In this document: positions 10,446 through 19,376 of the stretch, in pieces | How positions within the stretch are numbered: position 1 is the first letter of the stretch | Layout: each line of letters begins with the position of its first letter | NCBI RefSeq assembly: GCF_016278365.1 | Contig: NZ_JADQBZ010000011.1 | Location: 78,469 to 142,468, forward strand | From: Methanolobus sp. | GTDB taxonomy: Archaea > Halobacteriota > Methanosarcinia > Methanosarcinales > Methanosarcinaceae | Length of the DNA: 64,000 nucleotides | Reading direction: 5' to 3' | Notes under the pieces: generated by a model | Told to the model about the DNA's origin: nothing | Database searches by the model: none | The model's input: only the letters and a program-made list of their open reading frames with translations | Translations under genes and position numbers: made by a program

Positions 10446-10826
10446 ATGAGCAAGAGTACACGAGCTAAAATCACTAGAAAGACAAACCCAAGGATCCCGC
10501 AGCTGATCAATGATCTGAAGCAGGGTTCCCGTGATAACGATGTCATGGTCTGGAGAGACATAGCCAAGAGGCTTGAAGCACCTAAGCAGAACTACGCTGA
10601 AGTAAACCTTAGTAAGATCAGCAGGTACGCACAGGACAATGAGACAGTCCTTATACCAGGCAAGGTACTTGGTTCCGGCCTTATAGGCAAAGCAGTCAAT
10701 GTGGCAGCATTAAGCTTCAGCACTACTGCAAAGGACAAGATCACCGGCCTTGGTGGAAAGTGCATGACCATAGAACAACTCCTTGCAGAGAATCCCAAGG
10801 GCTCCAGAGTAAGGATTTTACAGTAG
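10446..10826 (+). CDS. rpl18e: 50S ribosomal protein L18e
   Basis: The N-terminus MSKSTRAKITRKTNPRIPQLINDLK is typical of L18e. It occupies the conserved position ahead of rpl13-rps9-rpoN. Confidence 0.9.
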   Translation: MSKSTRAKITRKTNPRIPQLINDLKQGSRDNDVMVWRDIAKRLEAPKQNYAEVNLSKISRYAQDNETVLIPGKVLGSGLIGKAVNVAALSFSTTAKDKITGLGGKCMTIEQLLAENPKGSRVRILQ

Positions 10827-10835
10827 GTGACCAGA

Positions 10836-11255
10836 ATGACAGTTATAGATGCAGAAGGGCTCATTATGGGAAGGCTTGCCAGTGTTGTTGCAAAGATGCT
10901 ACTCACAGGCGATAAAATAGACATAGTGAATGCTGAGAAGGCAGTCATATCCGGCTCCAAGGCAACCACCTTGCAGGAATATGATGAGTCGATCACCAGA
11001 GGTTCAAGAGAATTCGGCCCTCATTTCCCGAAGAGACCTGACAGGATACTTAAGAGGACGATCAGGGGAATGATCCCCCATAAGCGCATGAGAGGACGAG
11101 ATGCAATGGGACGCCTGAAGGTGTATGTCGGAGTTCCTATAGAGTTAAGAAGCGCAGAGATCACAAAGGTTGCAGAAGCAGACATGAACCGCCTTAGCTC
11201 TAACAAATACCTGACTCTTGGAGATGTCAGTACTAAACTGGGTTCAAAGTTCTGA
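10836..11255 (+). CDS. rpl13: 50S ribosomal protein L13
   Basis: The N-terminus [20 protein letters not shown] is typical of archaeal L13. The ATG at 10836 is preferred over the GTG at 10827. Confidence 0.9.
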   Translation: MTVIDAEGLIMGRLASVVAKMLLTGDKIDIVNAEKAVISGSKATTLQEYDESITRGSREFGPHFPKRPDRILKRTIRGMIPHKRMRGRDAMGRLKVYVGVPIELRSAEITKVAEADMNRLSSNKYLTLGDVSTKLGSKF

Positions 11256-11265
11256 GGAGATTAAA

Positions 11266-11676
11266 ATGACTACTACTAATAAGGTTGTAACTTCATCCGG
11301 GAAGAAGAAGACAGCAGTCGCCCGTGCAACTGTGAAGAAGGGAACCGGCAGGGTGCGAATCAACAAAAAGCCACTCGAGATATACGACCCCGAATTCATA
11401 AAGCTAAAAATAGATGAAGCAGTCCTTCTTGCAGGAGATGCTGTAACCAGCATTGACATTGACGTCACTGTAAACGGAGGAGGCATCATGGGTCAGGCAA
11501 GCGCTGTCAGGACAGCCATTGCAAGAGGCATTGTAGACTGGACCAATGATACCGAGCTTCGTGATGCATATATGGCATACGACCGTAACCTCCTGGTCAA
11601 CGATTCCAGACAGAAGGAAACCAAGAAGTTCGGCGGACCTGGTGCACGTTCCAGATATCAGAAATCCTACAGGTAA
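11266..11676 (+). CDS. rps9: 30S ribosomal protein S9
   Basis: It contains [23 protein letters not shown] and ends in the ...RYQKSYR tail typical of S9. The start was trimmed to the ATG at 11266. Confidence 0.9.
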   Translation: MTTTNKVVTSSGKKKTAVARATVKKGTGRVRINKKPLEIYDPEFIKLKIDEAVLLAGDAVTSIDIDVTVNGGGIMGQASAVRTAIARGIVDWTNDTELRDAYMAYDRNLLVNDSRQKETKKFGGPGARSRYQKSYR

Positions 11677-11681
11677 GCGAA

Positions 11682-11870
11682 ATGATTCCAGTTCGTTGTT
11701 TCACCTGCGGAAAAGTTGTCTCAAGCTGCTGGGAAGAATTCAATAGGCGCGTTAACGAAGGCGAAGAGCCTGCCAAGGTACTTGATGACCTTGGCGTTAC
11801 TCGCTATTGTTGCCGCAGAATGATCCTTTCCCATGTGGAACTTGTAGATGTATTGGCACCATATCAGTAA
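11682..11870 (+). CDS. rpoN: DNA-directed RNA polymerase subunit N (Rpb10 homologue)
   Basis: The motifs [11 protein letters not shown]...YCCRRM form the RpoN zinc-binding signature. The ORF is 62 aa. Confidence 0.9.
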   Translation: MIPVRCFTCGKVVSSCWEEFNRRVNEGEEPAKVLDDLGVTRYCCRRMILSHVELVDVLAPYQ

Positions 11871-11871
11871 A

Positions 11872-11967
11872 GGGACCGTAGGGTAGCTTGGTCCATCCTT
11901 CGGCGTTCGGGACATGGTGTTCCATGCGGATTACGCCGGAACCTGAGTTCAAATCTCAGCGGTCCCA
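11872..11967 (+). tRNA. tRNA-Pro (anticodon CGG) with a 21-nt intron (11912-11932) at the canonical 37/38 position
   Basis: I folded the cloverleaf by hand. The acceptor is GGGACCG/CGGTCCC, the anticodon stem CGGCG/CGCCG, the loop TTCGGGA and the T arm CTGAG-TTCAAAT-CTCAG. The intron forms a textbook bulge-helix-bulge: [TTCG](GGA)[CATGG]TGTT[CCATG][CGGA](TTA). No CCA is encoded. Confidence 0.9.
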
Positions 11968-12175
11968 TACACCCTTCCGGTTAATACCGGAAGAATGCTG
12001 GTATAGGCAGACGACCACTTTCGGAGGGATTCCGAATACACCAAATTCAAGGTAATGCATAAAACCATAGTACAGGCTATTCATTAAAATGTGCTGCTTT
12101 ATACCAATAGAAGCAACTATGGTCAAGCTATTTTATTGTTATCTTAATATAGGGAATTTTACGTTAGGTGATCTA

Positions 12176-12352
12176 TTGAACACAGAACATTACACAAGAT
12201 ATGAAAAAGCAAGGATCATTGGAGCAAGGTCACTGCAGATATCAATGGGAGCGCCAGTGCTCATAGATGACCCAAGTACAAATTCATTATATCTTGCTAA
12301 AAGGGAATTCGAACTGGGAGCTACTCCCATCACTGTCAAAAGAAAGAAGTAG
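12176..12352 (+). CDS. rpoK: DNA-directed RNA polymerase subunit K (Rpb6 homologue), probable TTG start
   Basis: The conserved core is [28 protein letters not shown]. The TTG at 12176 sits 5 nt after an AGGTGA Shine-Dalgarno-like element and gives a ~58-aa protein of typical RpoK size. The longer ORF from 12089 adds a non-conserved-looking extension. Confidence 0.7.
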   Translation: MNTEHYTRYEKARIIGARSLQISMGAPVLIDDPSTNSLYLAKREFELGATPITVKRKK

Positions 12353-12375
12353 ATTATAATAATCAAGGTGATTGA

Positions 12376-13029
12376 ATGGATACAACTGAAGATATTAAGT
12401 TCACTGAGACTGAAACAGCAGAAACGACTGAAAACAGCGAGGAGCAGAAATCAACGTCACTGGTCCCCATAGATGAATATCTGGCAGCAGGAGTACACAT
12501 AGGTACCCAGCAAAAGACAGAGAACATGATGAAATTCGTGTACCGTGTCAGGACTGACGGACTTTATGTGCTTGACATCCAGGCAACAGACGAAAGGATA
12601 AGGATGGCTGCTAAATTCCTGTCCGAATACGATCCGGCAAGAATACTTGTAGTATCCGCCAGGCAATACGGTCAATTCCCTGCAAAAATGTTCGCAAAAG
12701 CCATCGGTGCAAGATCAATGGTAGGAAGGTTCATCCCGGGAACACTCACAAACCCAACAGTAGAACATTTCTTTGAGCCCGATGTGATCATTGTCACAGA
12801 CCCTACAGGAGACGCACAGGTAATTAGGGAAGCGGTTGACATCAGCATACCAGTAGTTGCACTCTGCGACACCAACAACATGACATCTGACGTTGATCTT
12901 GTAATCCCTACTAACAACAAGGGAAGAAAAGCGTTATCACTCGTATACTGGCTTCTGGCAAGAGAGATATCAAAGGCTAACAATTCAGTTTTCAACTACG
13001 AGCTTGAGAGCTTTGAGGCAGGCGTCTGA
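12376..13029 (+). CDS. rps2: 30S ribosomal protein S2
   Basis: It contains [13 protein letters not shown]...DGLYVLDI...VVSARQYG...LCDTNN, typical of archaeal S2. Confidence 0.9.
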   Translation: MDTTEDIKFTETETAETTENSEEQKSTSLVPIDEYLAAGVHIGTQQKTENMMKFVYRVRTDGLYVLDIQATDERIRMAAKFLSEYDPARILVVSARQYGQFPAKMFAKAIGARSMVGRFIPGTLTNPTVEHFFEPDVIIVTDPTGDAQVIREAVDISIPVVALCDTNNMTSDVDLVIPTNNKGRKALSLVYWLLAREISKANNSVFNYELESFEAGV

Positions 13030-13095
13030 GGCCCTTATCTGTACGAGCATACTACAAATACCAAAAACCCGTACTAATATAGGGTGATTAGTAGT

Positions 13096-13893
13096 ATGAG
13101 ACAGACAACTGTTGCGGGCCAGTTCTATCCAAGGAGTCCAAAAGACCTGAAGAAGGAACTGAGCCGATGTTTTAAAGACACAGACATCAAGCCAAGGAAC
13201 ATAACAGGCGCGGTGGTGCCTCATGCCGGATACATTTACTCCGGAGAGGTTGCAGCCCACGCATATGCCCTGCTTCCCGAAGCGGACACCTACGTGTTCT
13301 TTGGCCCGAACCATACAGGCTACGGGTCTGCTGTAGCCTTATCCCAGGACACATGGATCACACCTCTTGGCGAGGTCGAAGCCGACAGAGAGATTGGAAA
13401 GCTCCTTGCCGGAAGTATAGTGGACTATGACGAGGTAGCCCATCGATTCGAACACTCCATCGAAGTGCAGATACCTTTTCTTCAGCATAGGTTTACGGAA
13501 GGTTTTAAGATACTTCCTATCTGCATGGGACTTCAGGACGAAGAAACTGCAGTAGAAGTCGGGCTGGAAGTTGCACGTGCAGTCAAGGCATCTGGAAAAA
13601 GAGTTGTATTTATAGCATCCAGCGACTTCACACATTACCAGCCTGCAGAGAAAGCATCCGATAATGATCACTATCTTATTGATCCCGTTATCACGATGGA
13701 TATTCCTGAATTCTACAGGAGAAGAGAGGAAAGAAATATCACTGCCTGTGGATTTGGCCCGATAGCAGCTACGATAGCTGCGTCAAGAGAACATGGAGCC
13801 GGAAAGGCAAGCCTTCTGAAGTATGCAACCAGCGGGGACGTAACTGGCGACCGGTCGCAGGTTGTGGGATATGCAGCCATAGTCTTTGAATGA
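13096..13893 (+). CDS. MEMO1-family protein (AmmeMemoRadiSam system protein B-like)
   Basis: It contains AGQFYP....VVPHAGYIYSG...HSIEVQIPFLQ, which are MEMO/dioxygenase-B-like signatures. The start was trimmed to the ATG at 13096. Confidence 0.8.
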   Translation: MRQTTVAGQFYPRSPKDLKKELSRCFKDTDIKPRNITGAVVPHAGYIYSGEVAAHAYALLPEADTYVFFGPNHTGYGSAVALSQDTWITPLGEVEADREIGKLLAGSIVDYDEVAHRFEHSIEVQIPFLQHRFTEGFKILPICMGLQDEETAVEVGLEVARAVKASGKRVVFIASSDFTHYQPAEKASDNDHYLIDPVITMDIPEFYRRREERNITACGFGPIAATIAASREHGAGKASLLKYATSGDVTGDRSQVVGYAAIVFE

Positions 13894-13934
13894 AATATAC
13901 AGATATATAATCAGTTAACAATCAGGAGTCACAA

Positions 13935-14843
13935 ATGATAACATGTTCTGCACCTGGAAAAATCTACCTTTTTGGGGAGCATGCGGTTGTCTACGGGCAC
14001 AGCGCCATCTGCTGCGCGATAGATATTCGCACCCGGGTACAGGCAGAGATATGTGACTCCATAATTATTGAATCCGTGCTTGGCAGGACAGGTATTGATC
14101 ATGATATCCACCCTTATGTTTCAAGAGTAATAGAAAAGATGCAGGACTACACACGTATAAGGGGTGTCAAGATCAAGGTGGATTCAAGACTTCCTGTTGG
14201 TTCCGGCCTTGGATCATCAGCTGCTGTTACGGTTGCAGCGATCCAGGCATTGAGCCATCTGTTTGGGTGCAACCTTCAACTTGAAGAGATAGCAACTATC
14301 GGGCACGAAATAGAAAAAGAGGTACAGGGTAACGCCAGTCCTACGGACACATATGTCAGTACCATGGGAGGCATTGCCATGATACCCCAACGCAGAAAAC
14401 TGCAGGCCCTCGACTGCACGATCGTCGTCGGCAACACTGGCCGATTCTCATCGACCAGGGAGCTTGTGGCAAGTGTCGCAAGGCTGAAAAGGGAATTCCC
14501 GAATGTGATAGATCCCATACTTGCAGACATAGGGACCATGTCTCAGATCGCTGAAGAGTACGTCAGCAAGAAAGACTATGCAACCATTGGCAAGCTCATG
14601 AATGTGAACCACGGCCTGCTAGATGCTATTGGTGTGGGGAGTGCTGAACTCTCGGCACTGGTATATGCTGCACGGAACAATGGAGCTTTTGCAGCCAAGA
14701 TAACAGGAGCTGGTGGCGGAGGATGCATGGTCGCACTTGCTGACGAGCCAAACGCACAGTTAATAGCAAAAGCCATCCGTGACCTGGGTGCTGAATCCAT
14801 AATAACAAAGAACACGCATGAGGGTGTCCGGCGGGAGCCATAG
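13935..14843 (+). CDS. mvk: mevalonate kinase
   Basis: GHMP kinase motifs are present: APGKIYLFGEHAVVYG, PVGSGLGSSAAV and KITGAGGGGCM. Confidence 0.9.
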   Translation: MITCSAPGKIYLFGEHAVVYGHSAICCAIDIRTRVQAEICDSIIIESVLGRTGIDHDIHPYVSRVIEKMQDYTRIRGVKIKVDSRLPVGSGLGSSAAVTVAAIQALSHLFGCNLQLEEIATIGHEIEKEVQGNASPTDTYVSTMGGIAMIPQRRKLQALDCTIVVGNTGRFSSTRELVASVARLKREFPNVIDPILADIGTMSQIAEEYVSKKDYATIGKLMNVNHGLLDAIGVGSAELSALVYAARNNGAFAAKITGAGGGGCMVALADEPNAQLIAKAIRDLGAESIITKNTHEGVRREP

Positions 14844-14845
14844 AA

Positions 14846-15637
14846 ATGACAACAAGTCACCAAAGTCTTACTGTACTCAAGATAGGCGGAAGTGTAATCA
14901 CAGACAAAAGCACGAATGAAGGCACTGCCCGGGTAAAAGACATCAGGCGTATTGCCAGTGAAGTCGCCCTTTCGGATTCACGGCTTGTGATCGTTCACGG
15001 TGCAGGTTCATTCGGCCACCCTCAGGCAAAGCGCTATGGCCTTACGGGTAAATTTGACCCACTTGGCTCTATCATAACTCACGCATCAGTCAAAGAGCTG
15101 AACAGGATAGTTGTTGAGATCCTCAATGATGCTGGTGTGAAAGCTGTGGGAGTCCATCCTATGAATTGCATTATTTGCAATAACGGCAGGATTAAGGACA
15201 TGTTCCTTGAACAGATACACTTAATGCTGGACAATGGTTTTGTACCAGTATTACATGGTGATGTTGTAATGGATACGGCACTTGGGACATGCGTCCTCTC
15301 AGGCGACCGGATAGTACCATACATTGCATCAGAACTGGGTGCAGAACGCATAGGCATAGGAAGTGCTGAGAACGGAGTTCTTGACGGGAACGGCGACACG
15401 ATCAAGGTTATCAGTGCTACCAACTTTGAACATATCAAACAGTTCATCGGCGGTTCTGCAAATACTGACGTGACCGGAGGCATGCTGGGAAAGGTACTTG
15501 AGCTTCTAGAACTTAGTGATACATCAGATATAACTTCATATATATTCAACGCAGGTTATGCAGGGAACACTGCAGGCTTCCTCCGTGGAGAGAATATAGG
15601 AACTGCGATCTCCAAAGCAGAACATCCAGGAGCATGA
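14846..15637 (+). CDS. ipk: isopentenyl phosphate kinase
   Basis: Amino-acid-kinase fold motifs are present: LKIGGSVITDK and VHGAGSFGH. It lies between mvk and idi2, as in other archaea. Confidence 0.85.
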   Translation: MTTSHQSLTVLKIGGSVITDKSTNEGTARVKDIRRIASEVALSDSRLVIVHGAGSFGHPQAKRYGLTGKFDPLGSIITHASVKELNRIVVEILNDAGVKAVGVHPMNCIICNNGRIKDMFLEQIHLMLDNGFVPVLHGDVVMDTALGTCVLSGDRIVPYIASELGAERIGIGSAENGVLDGNGDTIKVISATNFEHIKQFIGGSANTDVTGGMLGKVLELLELSDTSDITSYIFNAGYAGNTAGFLRGENIGTAISKAEHPGA

Positions 15638-16743
15638 TTATGAGCACCTCCCAGAGAAAGATAGAACACCTCCAGTTATGTGCGGCAAGCCCGGTGGAAT
15701 CAAGAAAGATTAAAGCCGGATTTGAAGATATCATGCTTGTGCACCGGGCACTCCCGGAAATGGGAATGGATGACATTGACCTTTCCGCAGAGTTTCTTGG
15801 AAGGAAGATGAATGCGCCGTTCATGATAGCTTCTATTACAGGGGGTCATCCCGATACGACACCCATCAATGCAGCTCTTGCAAGGGCGGCAGAAGAGCTT
15901 GGCATTGGAATAGGAGTAGGTAGCCAGAGGGCCGCCATTGAGGATCCTTCACAAGAAGCTTCTTTCAGAATTGTCAGAGACGAGGCACCGGATGCTTTTG
16001 TATATGGCAATATCGGTGCTGCCCAGATCAAGCAGTATGGCGTTGAAGGCGTGGAAAAACTAATAGAGATGATAGACGCCGATGCTATGGCAATACATCT
16101 TAATTTCCTTCAGGAAGCTATACAACCGGAAGGGGACAGGAACGCATCCGGTGCGCTTGAAAGCATCAAGGAGATATGCTCTCTCAAGACACCCATAATT
16201 GTTAAAGAGACTGGTGCCGGCATCTCACATGAAGACGCCCTGCTTCTAAAGAAAGCAGGAGTCTCAGCCATAGATGTAGGAGGCGTCGGTGGGACTACAT
16301 GGTCAGGTGTAGAAGTATACCGTGCCAGGGCAAGAGAGGATACACGCTCTGAACTGATTGGAGAATTATTCTGGGATTTTGGAATACCCACCATACCTAG
16401 CATAGTAGAATGCAGTGTATCCCTACCTGTTATTGCAACCGGCGGTATAAGGTCAGGGCTGGACATCGCTAAATCGATTGCCATGGGCGCCTGTGTGGCA
16501 AGCGCTGCGTTACCGTTCGTAGCACCGGCAATGAAAGGGGAAGAAGAAGTCATTGAAAGCATCTCACTTATGATCGATGAGCTTAAGGTGGCTATGTTCC
16601 TTTGCGGTTGCAAGGATGTAAAAAAGCTGCACTCTGCACCAGCGATAGTGACCGGGTGGACCAGAGAATATATAGAATTACGGGGTTTTGACGCAAAAGA
16701 ACTCGCACTCAGATCTGAGAGCAGTGATCTCCAGATCATTTAA
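15634..16743 (+). CDS. fni: type 2 isopentenyl-diphosphate delta-isomerase (FMN-dependent)
   Basis: It begins with QRKIEHL. TIM-barrel FMN motifs are present (VKETGAGIS, ATGGIRSGLDIAKS). Its ATG overlaps the ipk stop (ATGA). Confidence 0.9.
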   Translation: MIMSTSQRKIEHLQLCAASPVESRKIKAGFEDIMLVHRALPEMGMDDIDLSAEFLGRKMNAPFMIASITGGHPDTTPINAALARAAEELGIGIGVGSQRAAIEDPSQEASFRIVRDEAPDAFVYGNIGAAQIKQYGVEGVEKLIEMIDADAMAIHLNFLQEAIQPEGDRNASGALESIKEICSLKTPIIVKETGAGISHEDALLLKKAGVSAIDVGGVGGTTWSGVEVYRARAREDTRSELIGELFWDFGIPTIPSIVECSVSLPVIATGGIRSGLDIAKSIAMGACVASAALPFVAPAMKGEEEVIESISLMIDELKVAMFLCGCKDVKKLHSAPAIVTGWTREYIELRGFDAKELALRSESSDLQII

Positions 16744-16810
16744 CTGTCATTTAGTATAGCATGATACATAGATGCAAAATTGGATTTATAGAAATAACAG
16801 AGGATAATAT

Positions 16811-18157
16811 ATGACTGAAATAGGTATAATAGCAGTTGGCGGATACAACGAAATGGGCCGCAATATGACTGCGATCAGAGTAAACGAAGATATAATAATC
16901 ATCGACATGGGTATTCGCCTGGATAGGGTCCAGATCCATGAAGATGTGGACACCGACAGGATGCACTCACTTGAACTGATAGAAATGGGAGCAATCCCGG
17001 ATGACACAATTATGAATGAGGTCAACGGTAACGTGCGTGCCATCGTCTGTACACACGGCCACCTGGACCACATTGGTGCTATCCCCAAGCTTGCTCATCG
17101 CTACGCAGCACCAATAATAGCAACCCCTTACACTACTGCTTTGATAAAGCATCAGATAGACTCTGAGAGGAAATTCGGTGTCAAGAACAATATTGTTGCA
17201 TTGAAAGCAGGCGAGACACTGGAGATAACAAAAGACATCACTATCGAATTCATCAATGCCCAACATAGTATAATCGATACAGTGTTCGTGGCCATACACA
17301 CACCAAGCGGCGCTGTTGTATATGCATGTGACTTCAAGTTCGACAGGACACCCACTCTTGGAGAGATCCCAGACTTCGATAGGCTGAAAGAACTTGGGAA
17401 AGAAGGAGTTATTGCACTCATCACCGAGAGTACTAATGCGGGAAGGAATGGAAAGACACCTTCGGAACTTATCGCACACATGATGCTCAGGGATGTCCTG
17501 CTCGGTACGGAGGAATCTGCTGTCGGTATGATAGTCACCACTTTTGCATCCCATATAGCTCGTATGAATTCTATCGTGCAGTTCGCGAAAGAGATGGGAA
17601 GGATACCAGTGCTCCTGGGAAGGTCCATGGAGAGGTATGTTGGTACTGCGTATCAGCTGGGATACATAGATCTCCCGGAAAACGTGGAGATATATGGCAC
17701 ACGCCGCGACATCGACAATGCGCTGAAAAAGATAATGGAAGGTGGCAAGGACAAGTACCTGCCCGTCATGACCGGACATCAGGGTGAGCCCGGGGCTGTA
17801 CTTGGCAGGATAGCAAATGGTGAAACTCCGTTTAAGATAGAAACCGGAGACAGGATCATATTCTCAGCAAATGTGATACCAAACCCAATGACCCAGGCAA
17901 ACCGCTATGCACTTGAGACAAAGCTCAAGATGAAAGGAGCAAGGATATATGATAATGTACATGTATCGGGACACGCATACAGGGAAGACCACTGGGAACT
18001 ACTCAGAATGCTGAAACCGGAACATGTCATTCCAGCGCATGGGACGATACAGATGCACAGCGAGTACATCCAGATGGCAGAAGATGCAGGTTACTCACTT
18101 GGCGATACTCTGCACCTGTTGAGGAATGGCGAAGAACTCTATATCGAAGAAGATTAA
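16811..18157 (+). CDS. rnj: archaeal RNase J (metallo-beta-lactamase / beta-CASP ribonuclease)
   Basis: It has the THGHLDHIGA (HxHxDH) motif and is 448 aa. The beta-CASP C-terminal His motif HVSGHA is present. Confidence 0.85.
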   Translation: MTEIGIIAVGGYNEMGRNMTAIRVNEDIIIIDMGIRLDRVQIHEDVDTDRMHSLELIEMGAIPDDTIMNEVNGNVRAIVCTHGHLDHIGAIPKLAHRYAAPIIATPYTTALIKHQIDSERKFGVKNNIVALKAGETLEITKDITIEFINAQHSIIDTVFVAIHTPSGAVVYACDFKFDRTPTLGEIPDFDRLKELGKEGVIALITESTNAGRNGKTPSELIAHMMLRDVLLGTEESAVGMIVTTFASHIARMNSIVQFAKEMGRIPVLLGRSMERYVGTAYQLGYIDLPENVEIYGTRRDIDNALKKIMEGGKDKYLPVMTGHQGEPGAVLGRIANGETPFKIETGDRIIFSANVIPNPMTQANRYALETKLKMKGARIYDNVHVSGHAYREDHWELLRMLKPEHVIPAHGTIQMHSEYIQMAEDAGYSLGDTLHLLRNGEELYIEED

Positions 18158-18192
18158 GAGTTAAAAGTTAAGGAAAAACAGCGTGATAAACT

Positions 18193-19158
18193 ATGGATCT
18201 GATAGGAGAGATTAAAAAAAGGTCTGTCCGCGTCGATAAGGGCATTGAGGACTATCTCCCGGTGTCCAGGCCGACAGAATTGTATAAGGCCGCCCGCTAC
18301 CTGCCAGATGCCGGTGGGAAAAGGCTCAGGCCCGCCATTGTGATCTTGACAGCTGAGGCCGTGGGATGTGAACCTGAAAAGGTTCTTCCTGCTGCTGTTG
18401 CCGTAGAGCTCGTACATAATTTCACACTTGTCCATGATGACATCATGGACAGGGATGATATCCGCAGGGGAATGCCAGCCGTCCATGTAAAGTGGGGAGA
18501 GGCAGGCGCCATCCTGGCAGGCGATACGTTATACTCAAAAGCTTTTGAGATAATGACACGTGCCGAAGGCTGTCCCGAGAACCTCCTGAAGTGTGTTGAT
18601 ATACTGTCCAAGACTTGCAGGGATATCTGCGAAGGTCAATGGATGGATGTCGAATTCGAAGACCGCACGGATGTCACCGAGGAAGAATACCTCGACATGA
18701 TAGAGAAAAAGACAGGAGTGCTCTATGCTGCCGCATGCAAGATCGGTGCCATACTTGGCGGCGCATCTGATGAGACAGCAGACACCCTTTACGAATTCGG
18801 TCGGCTCATTGGCATTGCTTTCCAGATATATGATGATGTCATAGATATGATCACTCCTGAAGAAGTGCTCGGCAAGGTAAGAGGAAGCGACCTCATGGAA
18901 GGGAAAAAGACGCTCATTGCTATTCATGCACTGAACAATGGCGTTGAACTGGACATATTTGGCAAAGGAGAAGCCAGTATACAAGAGATAAATGATGCTG
19001 TCCGCCTGCTGGAAGATTCCGGCTCGATAAATTATGCCAGGGACCTTGCAGTGTCATATATCACAAAAGGTAAAGGGCTTCTTGATATCCTTGAGGACAG
19101 TGAGTCAAAAGATATACTTCTTGCAATTGCAGATTATATGATTCAGAGATCACATTAA
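18193..19158 (+). CDS. idsA: geranylgeranyl diphosphate synthase (short-chain trans-prenyl diphosphate synthase)
   Basis: The first and second Asp-rich motifs, LVHDDIMDRDD and IYDDVIDM, are present. Confidence 0.85.
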   Translation: MDLIGEIKKRSVRVDKGIEDYLPVSRPTELYKAARYLPDAGGKRLRPAIVILTAEAVGCEPEKVLPAAVAVELVHNFTLVHDDIMDRDDIRRGMPAVHVKWGEAGAILAGDTLYSKAFEIMTRAEGCPENLLKCVDILSKTCRDICEGQWMDVEFEDRTDVTEEEYLDMIEKKTGVLYAAACKIGAILGGASDETADTLYEFGRLIGIAFQIYDDVIDMITPEEVLGKVRGSDLMEGKKTLIAIHALNNGVELDIFGKGEASIQEINDAVRLLEDSGSINYARDLAVSYITKGKGLLDILEDSESKDILLAIADYMIQRSH

Positions 19159-19192
19159 TTTTTTTGAATAAGAGCTTTGCTCTTCTGTTTTT
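19159..19192 (+). terminator. oligo-T tracts plus small hairpin after idsA
   Basis: A T7 run follows the stop directly (19159-19165). It is followed by the hairpin AAGAGC-TTTG-CTCTT and a T5 run (19188-19192). Confidence 0.45.
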
Positions 19193-19376
19193 ATATAGAT
19201 ATCACCCATACTCATATCTGGGTACTCTTGTTATAGGGTTTCATTGATTTTTGAAACAAGCCTGTTTTTGATTTTTGCTCATGATATCTGGATATCCATA
19301 TCCAGAGATATCAGCAAGTCTGACAGAATAATAAAGTATGTGTATCAAAAAAGTGATACGGGACCAGGCCCGTATA

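Noticed and set aside
12353-12375. The absence of an enolase gene between rpoK and rps2, which is present in many archaeal versions of this cluster
   Set aside because: I cannot judge from this window whether that is lineage-typical. It is most likely the normal arrangement for this family rather than a deletion.
16110-16739. A 209-aa minus-strand ORF inside the idi2 gene, with similar antisense ORFs in RNase J (16967-17779) and ipk (15079-15549)
   Set aside because: The plus-strand genes have clear catalytic motifs. The antisense frames are low-complexity shadows.
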